Positions 58,904 to 64,000 of a DNA stretch of 64,000 nt are shown here, piece after piece. Source of the DNA: Bordetella parapertussis (GTDB lineage: Bacteria > Pseudomonadota > Gammaproteobacteria > Burkholderiales > Burkholderiaceae_E). The number at the start of each line of letters is the position of its first letter. Within the stretch, counting starts at the first letter, position 1. Location of the stretch: contig CAMBZS010000001.1 of NCBI GenBank assembly GCA_945872335.1, positions 13,597 through 77,596 on the forward strand, read 5' to 3'. The notes under the pieces are model-generated. The model did not search any database. It was not told the origin of the DNA and was given only the letters and a program-made list of their open reading frames with translations. The position numbers and the translations under genes are program-made.

Positions 58904-60867
58904 CGGGCGCCTCCCGGCTGGGCCGCGGTGGACGATGCCTCGACCCGCTCGGGCTCCAGATCTTCCGGCACGTCGCGCATCTCGGACTCGTCCATGGGGG
59001 GGAGCCGGATGCCGGCCCGGTCAGGTGGCAGCTTTCCAAGAAGATGGAAATCAAACAGCGCGCGCGCGATCGGGGCGGCAGCCTGGGCGCCAAAACCGCC
59101 GTTTTCAACGATCACCGCCAGCGCGATCCGCGGCGAGGCGACCGGCGCAAACGCGACGAAGAGCGAATGATCGCGGTGCCGCTCGGCCACCTTCCGCACA
59201 TCATATTTTTCGTTCTGACGGATGCCGATCACCTGCGCCGTGCCGGTCTTGCCCGCGGCCTGATACTCCGCTCCGCTGAACACCACACGACTGGTCCCCA
59301 GCCGGTTCACGTCCACCATCGCACGCGTGACCAGGCGCACATGCTCGGGGCGCAGCGGGATCGGCTCACCCGGGTCGGCCGCCACCAGCTCGACCGGCCC
59401 GCCAGGCGCCTGTGAGGCGCGCAGCAGCCGCGGGCGCATCGGTCGACCGCTGTTGGCGAGCGTGGCGGTCGCATGGGCGAGTTGAAGAATGGTGAAGGCG
59501 TTGTAGCCCTGCCCGATACCGATCGACGGCGACTCACCGGGCAGCCACTTCTGCCGGAACCGCCGCTGCTTCCATTCCGATGACGGCAGAATGCCCGTGG
59601 CTTCATGCTCAAGATCGATGCCCGTGCGCTGACCGAATCCCCATTGCTTCATGAAGCCGTGAATCCGGTCAACGCCCATGTCGTAGGCGAGCTTGTAGTA
59701 GTAGGTGTCGCTCGAAACAACAATCGAGGTGTGCAGATCAACCGATCCATACCCCTCGGGGCGCGAATCGCGAAAACGATGTTCGCCCAACTGAAAGTAG
59801 CCTGGATCGGCGGTAAGGTCACCGGGGCGTCGCATCCCGGTCTCCAGGGCAGCAAGCGCCATGAAGGGTTTGTAGGTTGACCCCGGCGGATAGGTACCGC
59901 GGAGCGCCCGGTTCAATAGCGGCTTGTCCGGATCTTCGTTGAGCGCCTGCCAGCTCGCCGGATCGATGCCGTCGACAAACAGGTTGGGGTCAAAGCTTGG
60001 CTGCGAGACGAACGCGAGCACTTCACCGCTGGCGGGTTCAATCGCCACCAGCGCGCCACGACGCCCGTTAAACAGCTGCTCGGCAAGCGCCTGAAGCCTC
60101 AGGTCGATGGTGAGCGTGAGATCCGAGCCATTGACCGGCGGGTGCCGGGAGAGCGTGCGCATCACGCGACCCGCAGCCGACACCTCCACCTCGTCATACC
60201 CGGGCCGGCCGTGCAACAGCCCCTCGTAGGACTGTTCGATGCCGGCCTTGCCGATGTGGGTCGCCCCTAGATAGCGCGACAACTCCCCCGCATCATCGAG
60301 CCGCTTTCGGTCAGCCTGTGAAATTCGACCAATATGGCCGATCAGATGGGAGGCGAGATCACCGTGCGGGTAGCTTCGGAACAGCCGGGCGCGAATCTCC
60401 ACCCCCGGCAGCCGATAGCGATTGGCAGCAATTTTTGCCACCTCTTCATCGGTCAGCCGCGACTTGATCGGCAGCGGCTCAAGGCGCCGGGAGTCTTCGA
60501 TCAGCCGGCGAAAGCGCCGCACATCGCGCGGCGTGATGTCAACCAGGCCGGCAAGGTCGGCCACTGTCTGCTCAAGCCGGGAAAACCGCGACGGCGCGAG
60601 CTCCAGCGTGTAATACGCGATGTTCTCCGCCATCAGCAGACCGTTGCGGTCGAGGATCAGGCCACGTGTGGGCGGCACCGGCACCAGCGCGATCCGGTTG
60701 TCTTCGGCCTGCGCCTGAAAATCGTTGTGGCGAAGCACCTGCAGATAGGCGAGCCGCGCGAGCAGCAGCGCGCCACCAGCGATTGACAGCACGGCACACA
60801 GCAGCAGACGCCTGCGGATCTTGCGCAGGTTTGCGAGCGCCTGATTGACGTCGTCCGTCACCCGCAT
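58900..60867 (-). CDS. mrdA: Penicillin-binding protein 2 (elongasome transpeptidase)
   Basis: SxxK in GSTYKPF, SSD, KTGTAQ. The start was set at ATG 60867; the longer track ORF (60954) would overlap mreD by 50 nt. Confidence 0.9.
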   Translation of the reverse strand: MRVTDDVNQALANLRKIRRRLLLCAVLSIAGGALLLARLAYLQVLRHNDFQAQAEDNRIALVPVPPTRGLILDRNGLLMAENIAYYTLELAPSRFSRLEQTVADLAGLVDITPRDVRRFRRLIEDSRRLEPLPIKSRLTDEEVAKIAANRYRLPGVEIRARLFRSYPHGDLASHLIGHIGRISQADRKRLDDAGELSRYLGATHIGKAGIEQSYEGLLHGRPGYDEVEVSAAGRVMRTLSRHPPVNGSDLTLTIDLRLQALAEQLFNGRRGALVAIEPASGEVLAFVSQPSFDPNLFVDGIDPASWQALNEDPDKPLLNRALRGTYPPGSTYKPFMALAALETGMRRPGDLTADPGYFQLGEHRFRDSRPEGYGSVDLHTSIVVSSDTYYYKLAYDMGVDRIHGFMKQWGFGQRTGIDLEHEATGILPSSEWKQRRFRQKWLPGESPSIGIGQGYNAFTILQLAHATATLANSGRPMRPRLLRASQAPGGPVELVAADPGEPIPLRPEHVRLVTRAMVDVNRLGTSRVVFSGAEYQAAGKTGTAQVIGIRQNEKYDVRKVAERHRDHSLFVAFAPVASPRIALAVIVENGGFGAQAAAPIARALFDFHLLGKLPPDRAGIRLPPMDESEMRDVPEDLEPERVEASSTAAQPGGAR

Positions 60868-60904
60868 GACGGCCTGCGGGCGTGATGGGGAGCGGGCGCG
60901 CGGA

Positions 60905-61420
60905 TCACAGCGGCCGGGTCTCGTCGCGCTCGACCGGTCGACGCTGCGGCGCAAGCAGCAACCACTCGGTGGGCACCCAGAGCGCGGCAGCGGCGAGGCT
61001 GGGCACGAAATAAAGCCATCCTGGAAACTCGGCGCCCAGCACCATGCGGATAATCAGGGTGGTGACCTGCGCGAGCAAAAAAAGCGGCAGCAGATGGAGC
61101 ATCCGGCCGAGCGCACCGAACCAGGCGAGCCGCCGATGCAGGCTGATGGCGCCATAGGAGACAAGGCTGTAGGCGAGCGCATGCTCGCCCAGAAGCGCCG
61201 CCGAATGAACATCCATGAGGAGCCCCAGCGCAAAGGCGACACCAATCCCCACCATTTGCGGCTCGCGAAGGCTCCAGAACACCAGCGCCAGCGCGATAAA
61301 ATCCGGGGCGAGCGGCAACGGTCCCCACGGAAACAGGTTGAGGAGAAAGGCGCAGGCGAGACTGAACGCAGCAAACGCCCGGTTGGCCGGCAGCAACACG
61401 GTTTCGCGGTGGGTGTTCAT
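60905..61420 (-). CDS. mreD: Rod shape-determining protein MreD
   Basis: 171-aa polytopic membrane protein located between mreC and mrdA; overlaps the mreC stop by 4 nt. Confidence 0.85.
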   Translation of the reverse strand: MNTHRETVLLPANRAFAAFSLACAFLLNLFPWGPLPLAPDFIALALVFWSLREPQMVGIGVAFALGLLMDVHSAALLGEHALAYSLVSYGAISLHRRLAWFGALGRMLHLLPLFLLAQVTTLIIRMVLGAEFPGWLYFVPSLAAAALWVPTEWLLLAPQRRPVERDETRPL

Positions 61421-62334
61421 CCGCCCGCACCCTTGCCGCGTGCGCCCGGCGCCCGTTGGGCGGGCTCGGCAGACGGGCGGGGCGGCTCAAAAGAGGGCCG
61501 CCCGCCGGTGGTCTCAAGCAACACCAGGAGCATGCGCGAGCGCTCGACCGCGGCGGCCGGCTCAACCCGTGCGACCGTAAACGATGAGCCGCCTCGGCGC
61601 ACCTCCCGCACCCGCCCAACGGGCAGGCCCGCCGGAAACACGCCATCGAGCCCCGAGGTGAAGAGTTCGTCACCGGTACGCAGGTCGACCCCCGCGGGCA
61701 GGTAGCGCAACTCGATCAGATCGGCTCGGCCGGCCCCGAAAGCCACTGCGCGCACACCGTTACGGCGCACCTCCACCGGCAGCGTCGAGGCGCGATCGGT
61801 GAGAAGCGTCACCTCGGCCGACAGCGGCAGCACGCGGGAGATCTGCCCAATGACCCCTTGCGCATCGAGCACCGGCTGACCCGCCAGGAGCCCGTGCTGC
61901 TCGCCGCGATCGACCACCACCCGCCGGGTAAACGGATCACCGGTTTCATAGAGAACCTCAGCCACCGTGGAGCGGAATGAATTGCGCTCGCGCATGCCGA
62001 GCAGCTTCCGGAGCTGGGCGTTTTCAGCAGCCAGATGCTCGCCCTGCTGAAGGGACCGGGCATTGGCGGCCTCGAGGCGGACCAGCCGCTCGTTATCGTC
62101 GCGCAGACGGGTCACGCCACCCGCGTAGTCGGCCATCACCGATACGGCGTCGCGCGGCGCGAGGAGCGCACGCTGCACAGGGTAGAGCGCGGTACCGACT
62201 GCCGCGCGGACGACCTCGAGGGCACGATAGCGCGCATCGAGCACCAGCAGCGCTATCGCCGCGAGCGCGAACAGAACCAGTCGGACGTCGGCCGACAGGC
62301 CCTGCCGGAAAAAAGGCGGCGGTGCTCGGTCCAT
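61417..62334 (-). CDS. mreC: Rod shape-determining protein MreC
   Basis: N-terminal TM segment, coiled-coil (ENAQLRKLL), beta-barrel domains, and a Pro/Gly-rich tail; downstream of mreB. Confidence 0.88.
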   Translation of the reverse strand: MDRAPPPFFRQGLSADVRLVLFALAAIALLVLDARYRALEVVRAAVGTALYPVQRALLAPRDAVSVMADYAGGVTRLRDDNERLVRLEAANARSLQQGEHLAAENAQLRKLLGMRERNSFRSTVAEVLYETGDPFTRRVVVDRGEQHGLLAGQPVLDAQGVIGQISRVLPLSAEVTLLTDRASTLPVEVRRNGVRAVAFGAGRADLIELRYLPAGVDLRTGDELFTSGLDGVFPAGLPVGRVREVRRGGSSFTVARVEPAAAVERSRMLLVLLETTGGRPSFEPPRPSAEPAQRAPGARGKGAGG

Positions 62335-62385
62335 CGGCTCTTTGTGAAGCGGGAGAGCGGCGCGCGGCGCGGCCGCCGCTTCGCC

Positions 62386-63444
<1,059 letters not shown>

Positions 63445-63608
63445 TCAGAGGGATGGCCGGCAGTCTCGCCGGGGGCGCCGCGACCGGAGATCCGGGCAGC
63501 ACCGCACAGGGTTCCGCCCAGAGCCGGTCGCGACCGGATTCGTTTGCCCGAGAAGGAAAGAAGCCCGCTCAGGCAGGGCAGAAATCATACCGTATTATCA
63601 TTCGTCGA

Positions 63609-63896
63609 ATGTCCCTAAACGCTGATGCCGTGCGACGCTTGGCCACGCTCGCACGTCTTGATCTCGATCCGGCCGAGCAGGCCACGCTGCAGGCCGACCT
63701 CAACGCGGTCCTCGGGCTGATCGACAGGCTACAGTCGGTCGACACCCAGGGGGTGGCGCCGCTCACCCATCCACAGGCGCTTGCACTGCGGCTGCGAGAC
63801 GACGCGGTGACCGAGTCCGACTCACGCGCAGCGCTGCAGGCGGGCGCGCCCAAGGTCGAGTCCGGGCTCTACCTGGTTCCGCGGGTGATCGAGTGA
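63609..63896 (+). CDS. gatC: Asp-tRNA(Asn)/Glu-tRNA(Gln) amidotransferase subunit C
   Basis: 95 aa: VRRLATLARLDLDPAEQATLQADLNAVLGLIDRLQSVDTQGVAPL. Trimmed to ATG 63609. Confidence 0.88.
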   Translation: MSLNADAVRRLATLARLDLDPAEQATLQADLNAVLGLIDRLQSVDTQGVAPLTHPQALALRLRDDAVTESDSRAALQAGAPKVESGLYLVPRVIE

Positions 63897-64000
63897 GCGC
63901 CCTCACCGACCCCACCGGGGCTTCGGTTGCCGAGCTCTCGCTTGCGCTCGCCTCCGGTCAGACCAGTGCGGTTGAACTCGCCCGCCACTTTCTGAACAGG
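63892..64000 (+). CDS. gatA: Asp-tRNA(Asn)/Glu-tRNA(Gln) amidotransferase subunit A, N-terminal fragment (continues beyond the window)
   Basis: The GTG overlaps the gatC stop. SVAELSLALASGQTSAVELARHFLNR is a typical GatA N-terminus. Confidence 0.8.

Overview
High-GC (well above 60% by eye, strong GC3 bias) chromosomal segment with gene content and order typical of a Betaproteobacterium (Burkholderiales-like; inference). I support about 60 protein-coding genes. I found no rRNA or tRNA genes, no IS, integrase or phage genes, no CRISPR array and no recognisable defence genes, so this looks like core housekeeping and catabolic DNA, not an accessory island. Left to right: slt (5'-truncated), NDUFA9-like SDR, cca, quinone oxidoreductase, DUF2905, DMT transporter, MidA-type methyltransferase, folM-like/folB/ttcA/ubiB, a lipoprotein, glmU-glmS, an orphan hydrolase/hydratase pair, an HTH regulator, an SbmA/BacA-like transporter, a phasin with a clear promoter and operator, a His-rich Spy/CpxP-family protein, and pnuC plus a NadR-type kinase. 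Next come a TPP riboswitch in front of a TonB-dependent receptor, assorted oxidoreductases, srkA, hbd, a Liv-type ABC importer flanked by two adenylate-forming CoA ligases, and guaC. A roughly 13.5 kb minus-strand leucine/isovalerate (liu) super-operon under LiuR follows, unusually carrying aceK and a ghrA-like gene. The window ends with a SMUG-type uracil-DNA glycosylase, rodA-mrdA-mreDCB and gatC-gatA (3'-truncated). I did not find a convincing wholly new multi-gene system. The most interesting items are the TPP riboswitch-controlled outer-membrane receptor beside the PnuC/kinase pair, the glyoxylate-related genes wired into the liu operon, its phased LiuR operator, and the ligase-flanked ABC importer. 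Many long ORFs in the supplied track are antisense artefacts of high GC content and were rejected.
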